From Bacteriovoracaceae bacterium (GTDB taxonomy: Bacteria > Bdellovibrionota > Bacteriovoracia > Bacteriovoracales > Bacteriovoracaceae), in NCBI GenBank assembly GCA_048270185.1, contig JBLWTJ010000003.1, positions 336,990 through 400,989 of the forward strand: 64,000 nucleotides of DNA, read 5' to 3'. Position 1 is the stretch's first letter. Every line of letters starts with the position of its first letter. The notes under the pieces are model-generated. The model had not been told where the DNA came from. It saw only the letters and a list, made by a program, of their open reading frames with translations, and ran no database searches. Shown here piece after piece: positions 29,588-38,424 of the stretch. The position numbers were made by a program, and so were the translations under genes.

Positions 29588-29615
29588 GCATCCCGAAAAG
29601 TATCCAGGAACCTAC
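29588..29615 (-). repeat. 27-bp inverted repeat, right copy, starting with GTAG
   Basis: Minus strand GTAGGTTCCTGGATACTTTTCGGGATGC; imperfect internal stem TCCTGGA/TTCGGGA. Confidence 0.92.
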
Positions 29616-29619
29616 TTAT

Positions 29620-31896
29620 TTATTTGCTCGTTAATGTAAAAACTCCATCCCACTCCGGTGGAGGAGGAAGCTCCTTATAGTCTTCACAACGTTTAATATA
29701 GATCTCACTTGGATTCGTCTTAACGCCCTTTAAATCTGGAAAGCGCTGATATTCAAGCTCTAGTGTCTCTTTAAAAAGTGCAATGGCCGCGTCCCATTTT
29801 TGATCTTTGTAAAGACCTATGGCCTTCTTAAATTTTACCGAAAGCTCTTTTAAATATTCTGGTGCCGTCGCCTTAAGTCCTAATAAATCAAATGTTGTTA
29901 CTGGAATCGACTTCCCAACAACCTTGATGGTATCAAGCTCACGCCAAAGAAATTCTTTTCCTGCAAGTTCAACTGTCTCTTTAGAAACCTGAGTGAAGAT
30001 TCCGTATTGCTTGGCCGACTCTTCAAGACGTGCCGCTAAGTTTACGGAATCACCCATCATCGTATAATTCATACGAGAAGCGGAACCCATATTTCCTGTC
30101 ACAATATCTCCTGAGTTGATACCAATTCTCATTCGCATATCGTGAACAATCTTAGGCCACTTATCGCCTTCAGAAACCCATTTCTCACGCAGATCTAAGA
30201 GAGTCTCCTGCATACGGTGAGCAACCATACATGCACGTGCCGCGTGATCCTCAAGTTCCATCGGTGCACCAAAGAAAGCAATAATAGCATCACCCTCGTA
30301 CTTATCAAGAGTTCCTTTCTCTTCTAATAAAATATCTGTCATTGCTGTTAAATATTCATTCAGAAGCTCCACTAGTTGAGTTGCTGATAACTTCTCTGAG
30401 AAGCTTGAGAAACCCTGAATATCTGTAAAGTAAGCCGTTCGAATACCAGAAGTACCACCAAGAGTTGGTGCGTCTCCTGACTCATACATTTCATCAATTA
30501 ACTCAGGTGAAATATAGTTACCAAAGGCACTTTTTAAAAAGGCCTTGTCTTGATTGGCCATATAGAAATTTACAATTGTATTCCATGCATAACTCATAAC
30601 AAGAGCAAAGAAGCACCAAAATAATTTTGTCTCATATCCTTCTTTTACAAAGTAGTAAGTATCGGCGTAGTAGAGAGCTGAAATGATGATCACCAAAGCA
30701 AAGAGATCATAAATTGGGTTTTCTTTTATTTGCACAAGGAGTAATAAGATCACTGAAATTGCTAGAAGTGTCCAAGATAGAGTGGCCGTATCTTCAAAGG
30801 CTTTAAAGTAATAACCATCAATAAGCATTTGTACAAAGTTCATATGAACCATGACTCCTGGGAGCATTGAATGTACAGGTGTGTTTCTAAGGTCGTGAGC
30901 TCCGTAGGCCGTGGCACCAACAAAAACAAGGGCACCATCAAGAGTTTCTTTTAAGTCAGCATCATTTGGATCACCTGCAATGATGTCATAAATAGGTACT
31001 CGCTTATAGGCATCAATTTCGCCTGACCAACGTACCTTTGTTTCACCATTGAGGTTGAGCTCAATATTACCCTTCTTTGTTTTTAATATTGGAACACCAC
31101 CTTCAGTACTGAGATCAACTTCAGTCTTAAAGATTTTTGCCATTTCTTCTTCATCGTCTAATTCATCAAACTCACCAATCCAGTGCATGTAGGCCGAGAG
31201 GCCATAAGATGGAACGTGTAGCTCACCATAAGGAAAGCCTAGCGCCTTGTAATGCCTAATCACACCGTCACTATCTGCAATGGCCTCAATGAAGCCTAAT
31301 GAGGTTTCAGCATCGATTAGCTTCTGTAGCGGATAAACTGATTTTGAGATGGCCGTTGTATTCATTTCATAATTGGCACCACCAACTTTCGTTGTAAGAG
31401 CAAAAATTAATAAATCCTCTGGTAGCTTTTGAAAGTGCTCAGTATTATTAACAATTAAATTATAGGGTAGGATCACACGATTATTTGGTTCTTCTTGGAA
31501 GTACTCAATTGCTTCAGTGAGAGCATCATCAGGGTTAACTCCATCACAGGTTTTTGCCTCCTCTGAGAAGAAAACATCGAAGGCTACTATTTTTGCTCCA
31601 TAATGTCTTAAGTTTTTTAGCATTCGTGCCCAATCACTTCTTTGAATTGGCCATGAATTTAATTTTTTAATTGATTCATCGTCGATATCAGCAAGTATTA
31701 ACTTTGGATGAGCTTTTCTCTCTTTTAGAGTTTGCATCATTCTAAAATCATAGAAACGATTTTCAAAGAATGGAGCATAAGTTGTTAGTTCTCTGGCCAG
31801 TCCTGTGTACTCTCGGGAATAAAGTGAGAAGAATACACTTGCACATGAGAATAAGATTATAATGGTAAGGCCGATATATTTAATTATATTTTTCAT
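29620..31896 (-). CDS. CHASE2-domain class III adenylate cyclase
   Basis: N-terminal TM, DIDDESI..L..WP..R, AFDVFF.E, D.DGV.R (CHASE2), three TMs, FTDIQGFS, DKYEGDAI, RIGINSG, YT.MGDSVNLAARLE. Confidence 0.93.
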   Translation of the reverse strand: MKNIIKYIGLTIIILFSCASVFFSLYSREYTGLARELTTYAPFFENRFYDFRMMQTLKERKAHPKLILADIDDESIKKLNSWPIQRSDWARMLKNLRHYGAKIVAFDVFFSEEAKTCDGVNPDDALTEAIEYFQEEPNNRVILPYNLIVNNTEHFQKLPEDLLIFALTTKVGGANYEMNTTAISKSVYPLQKLIDAETSLGFIEAIADSDGVIRHYKALGFPYGELHVPSYGLSAYMHWIGEFDELDDEEEMAKIFKTEVDLSTEGGVPILKTKKGNIELNLNGETKVRWSGEIDAYKRVPIYDIIAGDPNDADLKETLDGALVFVGATAYGAHDLRNTPVHSMLPGVMVHMNFVQMLIDGYYFKAFEDTATLSWTLLAISVILLLLVQIKENPIYDLFALVIIISALYYADTYYFVKEGYETKLFWCFFALVMSYAWNTIVNFYMANQDKAFLKSAFGNYISPELIDEMYESGDAPTLGGTSGIRTAYFTDIQGFSSFSEKLSATQLVELLNEYLTAMTDILLEEKGTLDKYEGDAIIAFFGAPMELEDHAARACMVAHRMQETLLDLREKWVSEGDKWPKIVHDMRMRIGINSGDIVTGNMGSASRMNYTMMGDSVNLAARLEESAKQYGIFTQVSKETVELAGKEFLWRELDTIKVVGKSIPVTTFDLLGLKATAPEYLKELSVKFKKAIGLYKDQKWDAAIALFKETLELEYQRFPDLKGVKTNPSEIYIKRCEDYKELPPPPEWDGVFTLTSK

Positions 31897-31918
31897 TTCG
31901 AAATAACCTTATTACTAA

Positions 31919-33490
31919 TTAATAAAAGTATGAGAACTCAAATGATGTTGAGTGGGCCGAATAATTACTTTCTTCAATATCTGAAATATTATTTAAGTAT
32001 GAATATTCAACACCAAAAGAAAAGTGGCGATTTAAAATACGGGTTAGCTTTGTATTAAAGTTGAGTGATTTCTCTAATCCATGTGATTCACTTTCGGCTT
32101 CATCTTCATATGATATTAGAGATAGTGAAGCACCAATATTAAGTGTGGTATTGGGAAAGACTCCAGGTCTAATATAATCGAGTCTAAATAAATGTGTTGT
32201 TGTATTTAGACTGTCTTGAGTATCAAATTGTGTGATGTCTGCTTGGTAGAGAAGAATAAAGAGTCCGTATGTCTTTCTTAAAATTTGATCAATTGAGATA
32301 ATCTTTGATGAGCGATTAAGATCTTCAGCATAGTATGAATAATTCTGTAATTTTAATGTGAAGGTTGTATTACCTGTTTCAAAAATTGGTAACTCTGTCC
32401 CTAGTGAAAATTGATTCGATCTAAAATTAAATTGTGTGTCTTTCTTTGCTTCAACATCCTTACCTTGATAGTCGTAAGTATATTTTGTCATAAGCCGTGC
32501 AGCTTTCTTTTTATACTTGTACGCAAAATCTACTTCAATTTCAGGTGTAATATTGTAGCGATCATTGGCGTAGATTTCACTATCTGCTCGATCAGAATAT
32601 TTCGTTTTAGAAATTTCAAGAGATGGCGTGACTGTGTAGCGTCTTTTAAAGTTTTTTGCCTTACTTATATTAAATCTTGTTGCGGAAAGAAATGAATCCT
32701 TATTAGTTCCAGTTGAACTAGGAAGATCATCTGATAGTGTAACATTATTATCATAAGTAATTCTTTGATCAATACTTATTTCAAGTCTTTCACTTGGAAG
32801 GGGGGCTCCGTTTACTAATTTATCTTCTTCGAGGTAGAACTCTGCTTTAATTTCTTTAATACGCTTTTCAATATCATCTGCCGTTGAGCTATTCGGATTA
32901 ATATCAATGGCCTTGTAAAGGTCGGGGATAATATACTTACCGGCAATTTCAGCTACTCTAGGAGTTGATCTTGCAAGTTCGAGATTCATTTGGGCAATTT
33001 GAAAGTATGCTATCTGTCTCATTTCAACAGAAGTACCTTTATCTTTTAAAAGTAGTGAATAGTATACTTTTGCGTTCTTGTGATCTTCTTTTAATTGATA
33101 GATATAGCCTAAGTAGTATGTTGATTGTTCGATCTTATACTTAAGCTTTCTTGATTGCTTAAAGTTTTGAATTGCTTTCTCGAGAGAATTAATCGCATAG
33201 TTGGCCTGACCTAATTCATAGAAAATTTCACGAGATTTATTATTGTACTTTAGTGAAGCTTCAAAGAATACGATAGCTTCTGAAAATTCTTGAAGTCTTG
33301 CATGAGAAACACCTAGTAGGTAGCTGCGAACCCCAAGGTATGTTTGATCTTTTCTATTAGTATATTCCTTAGTATTTAATTTATTAATGACTTCTTCATA
33401 ATTTGCATTTTCAAATTCTTTGTATATTGGTGCTAAAGCTTGTGCAAAACAAGTACTACTCAAAAGAAGTAGTAAGATAAGTTTTCTCAA
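31919..33490 (-). CDS. TPR-repeat plus predicted outer-membrane beta-barrel protein
   Basis: Signal peptide, TPR-like Y.LG..Y helices, YD.NV barrel start, amphipathic strands, terminal FEFSYFY beta-signal. Confidence 0.8.
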   Translation of the reverse strand: MRKLILLLLLSSTCFAQALAPIYKEFENANYEEVINKLNTKEYTNRKDQTYLGVRSYLLGVSHARLQEFSEAIVFFEASLKYNNKSREIFYELGQANYAINSLEKAIQNFKQSRKLKYKIEQSTYYLGYIYQLKEDHKNAKVYYSLLLKDKGTSVEMRQIAYFQIAQMNLELARSTPRVAEIAGKYIIPDLYKAIDINPNSSTADDIEKRIKEIKAEFYLEEDKLVNGAPLPSERLEISIDQRITYDNNVTLSDDLPSSTGTNKDSFLSATRFNISKAKNFKRRYTVTPSLEISKTKYSDRADSEIYANDRYNITPEIEVDFAYKYKKKAARLMTKYTYDYQGKDVEAKKDTQFNFRSNQFSLGTELPIFETGNTTFTLKLQNYSYYAEDLNRSSKIISIDQILRKTYGLFILLYQADITQFDTQDSLNTTTHLFRLDYIRPGVFPNTTLNIGASLSLISYEDEAESESHGLEKSLNFNTKLTRILNRHFSFGVEYSYLNNISDIEESNYSAHSTSFEFSYFY

Positions 33491-33574
33491 TGGATACCCT
33501 TTAATTCGTTCTAATTTTAAATATTTATAAAATAATTTTACTTAGAAAACGAGGGCTTGAACAGGGGGGAATTT

Positions 33575-33599
33575 GACTGCAGTCGGTGATACTGCAGCC
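33575..33599 (-). other. Intercistronic stem-loop between the FecR-domain and TPR genes
   Basis: CTGCAGT-CGGTGAT-ACTGCAG inverted repeat; no clear U-tract. Confidence 0.45.
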
Positions 33600-33613
33600 A
33601 ATAAGTCAGATAT

Positions 33614-34975
33614 TTATTGTTTATCAAGAATGATTCTTATAACTGCGCGGTTTGAACCTGATGTCGTGGTTTTGGAATCTTCGATGGCTTGATCACGATC
33701 CGCTATTGTTTCGTCCATAATTTTAGAACTATCTGCATCTGTAGCTCCTGCTAGTTCTGGACTGTCTGCAGGTATTGTATAGATATCTTCTAATTGTTCA
33801 TCCATTACATCATAAACATTTGTTACAGTGACATCTGTCATTGTGTTAGTTGTTGAAGCTGGTGTACGTCCATCAAGGCTATCATCGACTTTGGCCGTGA
33901 AATTACCTTCTTCATCAACTTCAAAGTAATCATTTACATAATCACCAGTTGCCTTATCGAAACTTCCTAATTGAACGGGAACAATTACTTCATTAGTCAT
34001 TGGATCAATTGGAGCATTTTCCGGAGGAGGAATATAGAGTGCATTCTTTGTATCGACGTAACCACCATCTTTAAGGGAGCCTTTCTTTTCAACAGTTTCT
34101 TGTTTTGTTGAATCATTGAAGGCCACTTTATTTTTACCTGTTACACTTTGATCAACTTTGGCCATTTGACCAGCAATCTCTACATTTGTTGAAGCTGCAA
34201 ATTTTCCACTATCAACACCGGGAGGAATAATACTTCTTACCATTGGTTTTGTGTTTTTCTTTGCACCTGCATCGGAAACTTTCGAGCCATCATTTGATTC
34301 AAGGGCCTTTAACTGCTTTCTATTAAGCTTTACTGGTGCAATCGGTTTTGAGTCAATGGCCGGCATAACTCCTGAAAGCTGACCTCTTTTAACCATTACC
34401 GAAGTAGGGGAAGAGACAACTTTTTCAAGACGATCTTGAAGAGCATTTCTCATCCTCTTAAACTTAGTAAGAGAGCCCATCGCTACGGCCCCTTCAAAAG
34501 TAATCAGAGTTGTATTTTGGTTATTTGGATTATAATTAACCTGAAAGTCTGTACCACGAACACCCATGGCGGCCGTCTTTGTTTTAATAAAGAGCTTAGA
34601 TTTATTCTTATCTATTTGTAGATAATTCTTAGAAACTTTTGATCGCAGTTGGCCTCGAATAAGATTAATAATTCCGGCCTTTTTCTTTGGAAATTGTGTA
34701 ACTTCCATTTGTGAATTAGCTCCAAGAGTAAGCTTGGACTTATCCATAAATAATAATTTTACAAAACTTCGTGACTTAGTCGTAATCTGTGATCCCTCTG
34801 GAATCCAGTCTCCTTTTTTCAATTTCTTCTTTGTTTGAGTTAGAATAACAGTTCCGCGCTTCTTCATAACTTTTGCGACACCTTTATCAGTCGTTGCATT
34901 TAGTATTGATATATTCATCAATAACGAAGTAAGAATGAAAAGTAGCTTTAGTGTCTTCATAAAAGTCCCCAACAA
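33614..34975 (-). CDS. Exported FecR-domain protein with long low-complexity C-terminal extension
   Basis: Signal peptide; GD.I.EG..I.T...S...L.F.D.S...LG.NS and KT.TA.MGVRGT.F.V...T.EG.V FecR pattern. Confidence 0.85.
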   Translation of the reverse strand: MLGTFMKTLKLLFILTSLLMNISILNATTDKGVAKVMKKRGTVILTQTKKKLKKGDWIPEGSQITTKSRSFVKLLFMDKSKLTLGANSQMEVTQFPKKKAGIINLIRGQLRSKVSKNYLQIDKNKSKLFIKTKTAAMGVRGTDFQVNYNPNNQNTTLITFEGAVAMGSLTKFKRMRNALQDRLEKVVSSPTSVMVKRGQLSGVMPAIDSKPIAPVKLNRKQLKALESNDGSKVSDAGAKKNTKPMVRSIIPPGVDSGKFAASTNVEIAGQMAKVDQSVTGKNKVAFNDSTKQETVEKKGSLKDGGYVDTKNALYIPPPENAPIDPMTNEVIVPVQLGSFDKATGDYVNDYFEVDEEGNFTAKVDDSLDGRTPASTTNTMTDVTVTNVYDVMDEQLEDIYTIPADSPELAGATDADSSKIMDETIADRDQAIEDSKTTTSGSNRAVIRIILDKQ

Positions 34976-34992
34976 ATTAAACTCATTTATAC

Positions 34993-35019
34993 TTATCGTA
35001 GATCAAAGCAATTTCTTAA
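34993..35019 (-). promoter_or_regulatory. Possible sigma28 (FliA)-type promoter of the FecR operon
   Basis: Minus strand TTAAG-N14-TACGATAA compared with consensus TAAA-N15-GCCGATAA. Confidence 0.3.
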
Positions 35020-35092
35020 GCTGAAATTCACGTAAATATCTAAAAATATTGGATCTTTTAAGAATAGTAAGTATTGGAGATGACAAGAATCT

Positions 35093-35112
35093 GTGGCGTC
35101 AGACGACGCCAC
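35093..35112. terminator. GC-rich hairpin downstream of the ArsC-family gene
   Basis: GTGGCGTC-AGAC-GACGCCAC; U-tract weak. Confidence 0.45.
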
Positions 35113-35141
35113 TAGACCTTATTTTAGTAACTTAGAAAAAG

Positions 35142-35489
35142 TTATAGAATAGAATCAAAATTCTCTGTCGGACGTCCGATTGCCGCTTTCTTATTATCGT
35201 TAACAAGAATTGGTCTTTCTAGTAATTTTGGATTTTCGTGAACGATTTTGGCCCATTCGATATTTGAAAGCTCTTTTCCAGCAAGTCCTAGGTCTTTAAA
35301 AAGAGCTTCCTTAGTTCTGATCAATCCTTTTAGTGGATCAATTCCTGTATACTTAATTAGGTCGATGAATTCTTTTTCTTCGATTCCATCTTTTAGGTAT
35401 TCTTTAATTCTAAAATCGACGCCCTTAGAATCAAGATATTCAAGTCCTTGGCGGCTTTTTGTACAACGTGGATTGTGGTAATAAAGCAT
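35142..35489 (-). CDS. ArsC/Spx family protein
   Basis: YHNPRCTKSR, P.LLERPI, IGRP.E. Confidence 0.9.
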   Translation of the reverse strand: MLYYHNPRCTKSRQGLEYLDSKGVDFRIKEYLKDGIEEKEFIDLIKYTGIDPLKGLIRTKEALFKDLGLAGKELSNIEWAKIVHENPKLLERPILVNDNKKAAIGRPTENFDSIL

Positions 35490-35577
35490 TAATACTTCTC
35501 CTTACAATTATCATATTTAATCATTTTCTGGTATGTTACTTTGCAAACATAATTTATAACTAACTAGGATTTTAGCT

Positions 35578-36477
35578 ATGGATTTCAATATTGAAAATAT
35601 TAAATCAGAATTTGCCGAGCACGTAAAAGCTTTACAGAACGAAATTAGTGCAGAACTTAAGCGAATCGATGACAAAATTAACCTAAATGAAGATCGATGG
35701 GAGCGCAAGGATTTCGCAGGTAACCCTGGTGGCGGTGGAATCACACGTGCCTTCGAAGGTGAAGTTTTCGAAAATGCTGGTGTCAATACATCAATCGTTT
35801 TTGGTGAAGTTGATCCAAAGTTTGCGGCCAATATTGGAGGGGATAATAACCAGATGTGGGCCACTGGTATCTCTCTTATTATTCACCCTAAGAACCCACG
35901 AATTCCGACGACTCATGCAAATTTTCGCATGATACAGGCCGGGTCTAAAATATGGTTTGGAGGTGGCGCTGACTTAACTCCATTCTATCCTCATGAAGAT
36001 GACTTTGAATACTTCCACAAAGTTTGGAAAGATGCTTGTGAACCTTATGGGTACTTCAAAGAGTGGAAAGATAAGTGTGATGTTTATTTTACAAATACTC
36101 ATCGTGATAATGAAATGCGTGGAATTGGTGGATTCTTCTACGATCACTTCTTCTCTGGTGATCCAGAAAAAGATCTGGCCATGTTTAAAGATATCTCTTC
36201 AAACTTTATAAAGTCTTACTTTCCAATCGTTGAAAAGCGCCTTAACGAAGAATATGACGATGAGGATGTGGACTTCCAACTTCACCGTCGTGGACGCTAT
36301 GTTGAGTTTAATCTTTTACATGATCGAGGAACTCATTTTGGACTCAAGTCAAATGGACGTACGGATTCAATTCTAATCTCTCTTCCTGCGCGCGTAAAAT
36401 TCACTTATCGCTATGAACCGACTAAACCAGAACATAAGAAAATGATGGAATACTATTATCCGAAAGAGTGGGCCTAG
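35578..36477 (+). CDS. hemF: Oxygen-dependent coproporphyrinogen III oxidase
   Basis: GGG, FE.AGVN.S, HP.NP..PT.H.N.R, WFGGG.DLTP, RGIGG.F.D, RRGRYVEFNL..DRGT.FGL. Confidence 0.96.
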   Translation: MDFNIENIKSEFAEHVKALQNEISAELKRIDDKINLNEDRWERKDFAGNPGGGGITRAFEGEVFENAGVNTSIVFGEVDPKFAANIGGDNNQMWATGISLIIHPKNPRIPTTHANFRMIQAGSKIWFGGGADLTPFYPHEDDFEYFHKVWKDACEPYGYFKEWKDKCDVYFTNTHRDNEMRGIGGFFYDHFFSGDPEKDLAMFKDISSNFIKSYFPIVEKRLNEEYDDEDVDFQLHRRGRYVEFNLLHDRGTHFGLKSNGRTDSILISLPARVKFTYRYEPTKPEHKKMMEYYYPKEWA

Positions 36478-36480
36478 CTT

Positions 36481-36630
36481 TTAGCTGGCCTGTTTTTTGA
36501 TTAACTCTTCAAGGATTTGATTGGCATCAATCTCAACTCCGTGACTTTGGGCAATTGTTTGAATCTCTTCGAGTTTCTTTTCTAATTTTGTGATGTCACA
36601 TAGTAGACGGTAGCAATTATTAATCATCAT
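36481..36630 (-). CDS. Small hypothetical protein (49 aa from ATG 36630; track gives 63 aa)
   Basis: AAGGGG RBS-like sequence before ATG 36630; helical composition; promoter-like motif upstream. Confidence 0.45.
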   Translation of the reverse strand: MMINNCYRLLCDITKLEKKLEEIQTIAQSHGVEIDANQILEELIKKQAS

Positions 36631-36678
36631 GAATGAGCCCCTTGTTAGAGTTGTTGAATATAAGTTTGGCATATCAAA

Positions 36679-36705
36679 CTATCGGTGTCTATAAGAAAAA
36701 TCTTA
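36679..36705 (-). promoter_or_regulatory. Sigma28 (FliA)-type promoter
   Basis: Minus strand TAAG-N15-ACCGATAG with canonical spacing. Confidence 0.5.
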
Positions 36706-36789
36706 AAAAATATTTTTTTCCAATTTTTAAGCAATTTAGGCTATATAGAAGGTCTAAAGAAAATTAAAAAATAAGTCCTCGGAGGATAT

Positions 36790-37023
36790 GTGTCACAAAG
36801 ACTAGAAAAACTTAAAGCAGATCTAGAAGAATTTTCACCAAAACAAATGAGAACTCTAAGAAATAATCTCAATAATCGTATTCAGAGTTTTACTAATACT
36901 TTTAAAGAGCCCAAAGATCTGCCTGAAAGCCACAAATTACACGGACTTGAGGAAGGCGAGTGTCGTGAGCTTCTTGGCATCGTTAAGAAAAAGTTATTAA
37001 AAGCAAAATTCGATATGGAATAA
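36790..37023 (+). CDS. Small hypothetical protein
   Basis: GGAGG RBS before GTG; 77 aa. Confidence 0.7.
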   Translation: MSQRLEKLKADLEEFSPKQMRTLRNNLNNRIQSFTNTFKEPKDLPESHKLHGLEEGECRELLGIVKKKLLKAKFDME

Positions 37024-37105
37024 TGATTAAAGGGCCTATGTAATATAAATGTAAAAGACTGGGCCCAAGCTTTAACTCCTCTCCATATGAGCGTATGATT
37101 TCTAT

Positions 37106-37738
37106 ATGGAAAAAGTAAAACCCATTCTAAGAGGTTGGTCACACCAGGCAATGTTCTTTGTTTCAATCGGTGCCTGCTCTCTGCTGATCGCAAAAAGTGC
37201 CAATACAACTCAATATGTTTCAACAATCATCTACTCGCTAGGGCTTTTAATGATGCTCGGGGTAAGTGCTTTCTACCATCGAATTCACTGGGAGCCTCGC
37301 AAAAGAGATTGGTTGGGGAGACTTGATCATAGTGCTATCTTTGTCATGATTGCCGGTACGTGTACGCCTATTACACTACTTGTTCTTGAAGGTGAGTCTG
37401 GTACAAATATGCTAATTAGTATTTGGATTGTGGCCTTTGTGGGTATATTAAAATCAATCTTTCTACCAAATATTCATGAAATGATAAGTGCTCTAATCTA
37501 CCTAATTCCTGGTTATATGATCACGCCTTATATCTCTGAACTTCTTCCAAAACTTGGAGTGACAAATATCGCTCTTCTTATTTCTGGAGGGATTCTCTAT
37601 ACCATTGGTGCTATTTGTTACGGACTAAAGCTTCCCGGAAGAAATGCTAAGTGGTTTGGTTACCACGAAGTTTTTCACCTGCTCGTTTGTGTGGCAGCAA
37701 CGATGCACTTTATGATTATTTATTCGATTGTGGGGTAG
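37106..37738 (+). CDS. Hemolysin III / PAQR family membrane protein
   Basis: S..YH, RLDHSAIF..IAGT.TP, GG..YT.GA, HE.FH..V..A...H. Confidence 0.92.
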   Translation: MEKVKPILRGWSHQAMFFVSIGACSLLIAKSANTTQYVSTIIYSLGLLMMLGVSAFYHRIHWEPRKRDWLGRLDHSAIFVMIAGTCTPITLLVLEGESGTNMLISIWIVAFVGILKSIFLPNIHEMISALIYLIPGYMITPYISELLPKLGVTNIALLISGGILYTIGAICYGLKLPGRNAKWFGYHEVFHLLVCVAATMHFMIIYSIVG

Positions 37739-37790
37739 GTGCCATGCTCCTTTGGTTTCGCATATGCTCTATTGGCCCTGAGGCAACAAA

Positions 37791-37808
37791 GCCTGCATAA
37801 ATGCAGGC
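37791..37808. terminator. Hairpin between convergent genes
   Basis: GCCTGCAT-AA-ATGCAGGC. Confidence 0.5.
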
Positions 37809-37850
37809 GTGTTGAATTAGCTTATCATTTCAGGCATGGGTCGCTGCGCG

Positions 37851-38414
37851 CTACCAATCAGGAGCGATATAAACATCAATTTCAGGATTGTACTCAGCTC
37901 TAAGTGTTGACTTGATTGCTTCAAGTGTTCCAGTCGTTGATGATGGGCAAGTCCCACATGCACCTTGGTAGCGGATCAGAAGAATATTATCTTCGTATGA
38001 TACCGTTTGAATATCCCCTCCATCGGCCTGTAGATATTGGCGAACAGACTTATCAAGAATCTCTTCAATCGCACTAAGCTCAGGAGAAAGACTGGCACGT
38101 CTTTCTTTTTCCGGATCAAATTCTTCGTACTCTGGATTGTGATTTGGAAGATCGTGTTGGATTGTTTCCATAATCTTTGGCTCAATATCATCCCAGTCTT
38201 CATAGTTAAACTTTGTTACCGTAATAACATTTTCAAAGAAGTGAAGTTGATCAATTCCACGAATTGTAAAAAGATTAACTCCTAGATTTACTTCGCCACA
38301 CTCCATTGGTGTGCGGAAAGTTGATGAACCAGATGATTTAACATCTTTATTTAAAATAAATTTTAAAGCATTTGGATTTGGTGTTGGTTGAATGTCGATT
38401 GTTACTTCACTCAT
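37851..38414 (-). CDS. Nfu/NifU-family Fe-S carrier
   Basis: TPNPNALKF N-domain; DGGDI, GACGTCPSS. Confidence 0.93.
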   Translation of the reverse strand: MSEVTIDIQPTPNPNALKFILNKDVKSSGSSTFRTPMECGEVNLGVNLFTIRGIDQLHFFENVITVTKFNYEDWDDIEPKIMETIQHDLPNHNPEYEEFDPEKERRASLSPELSAIEEILDKSVRQYLQADGGDIQTVSYEDNILLIRYQGACGTCPSSTTGTLEAIKSTLRAEYNPEIDVYIAPDW

Positions 38415-38424
38415 ATATTACCTT

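Noticed and set aside
35517..35864. 115-aa minus-strand ORF
   Set aside because: Antisense to hemF.
37106..37738. PAQR protein as a ceramidase or true hemolysin
   Set aside because: Only superfamily-level relation; far from the sphingolipid locus and a widespread gene.
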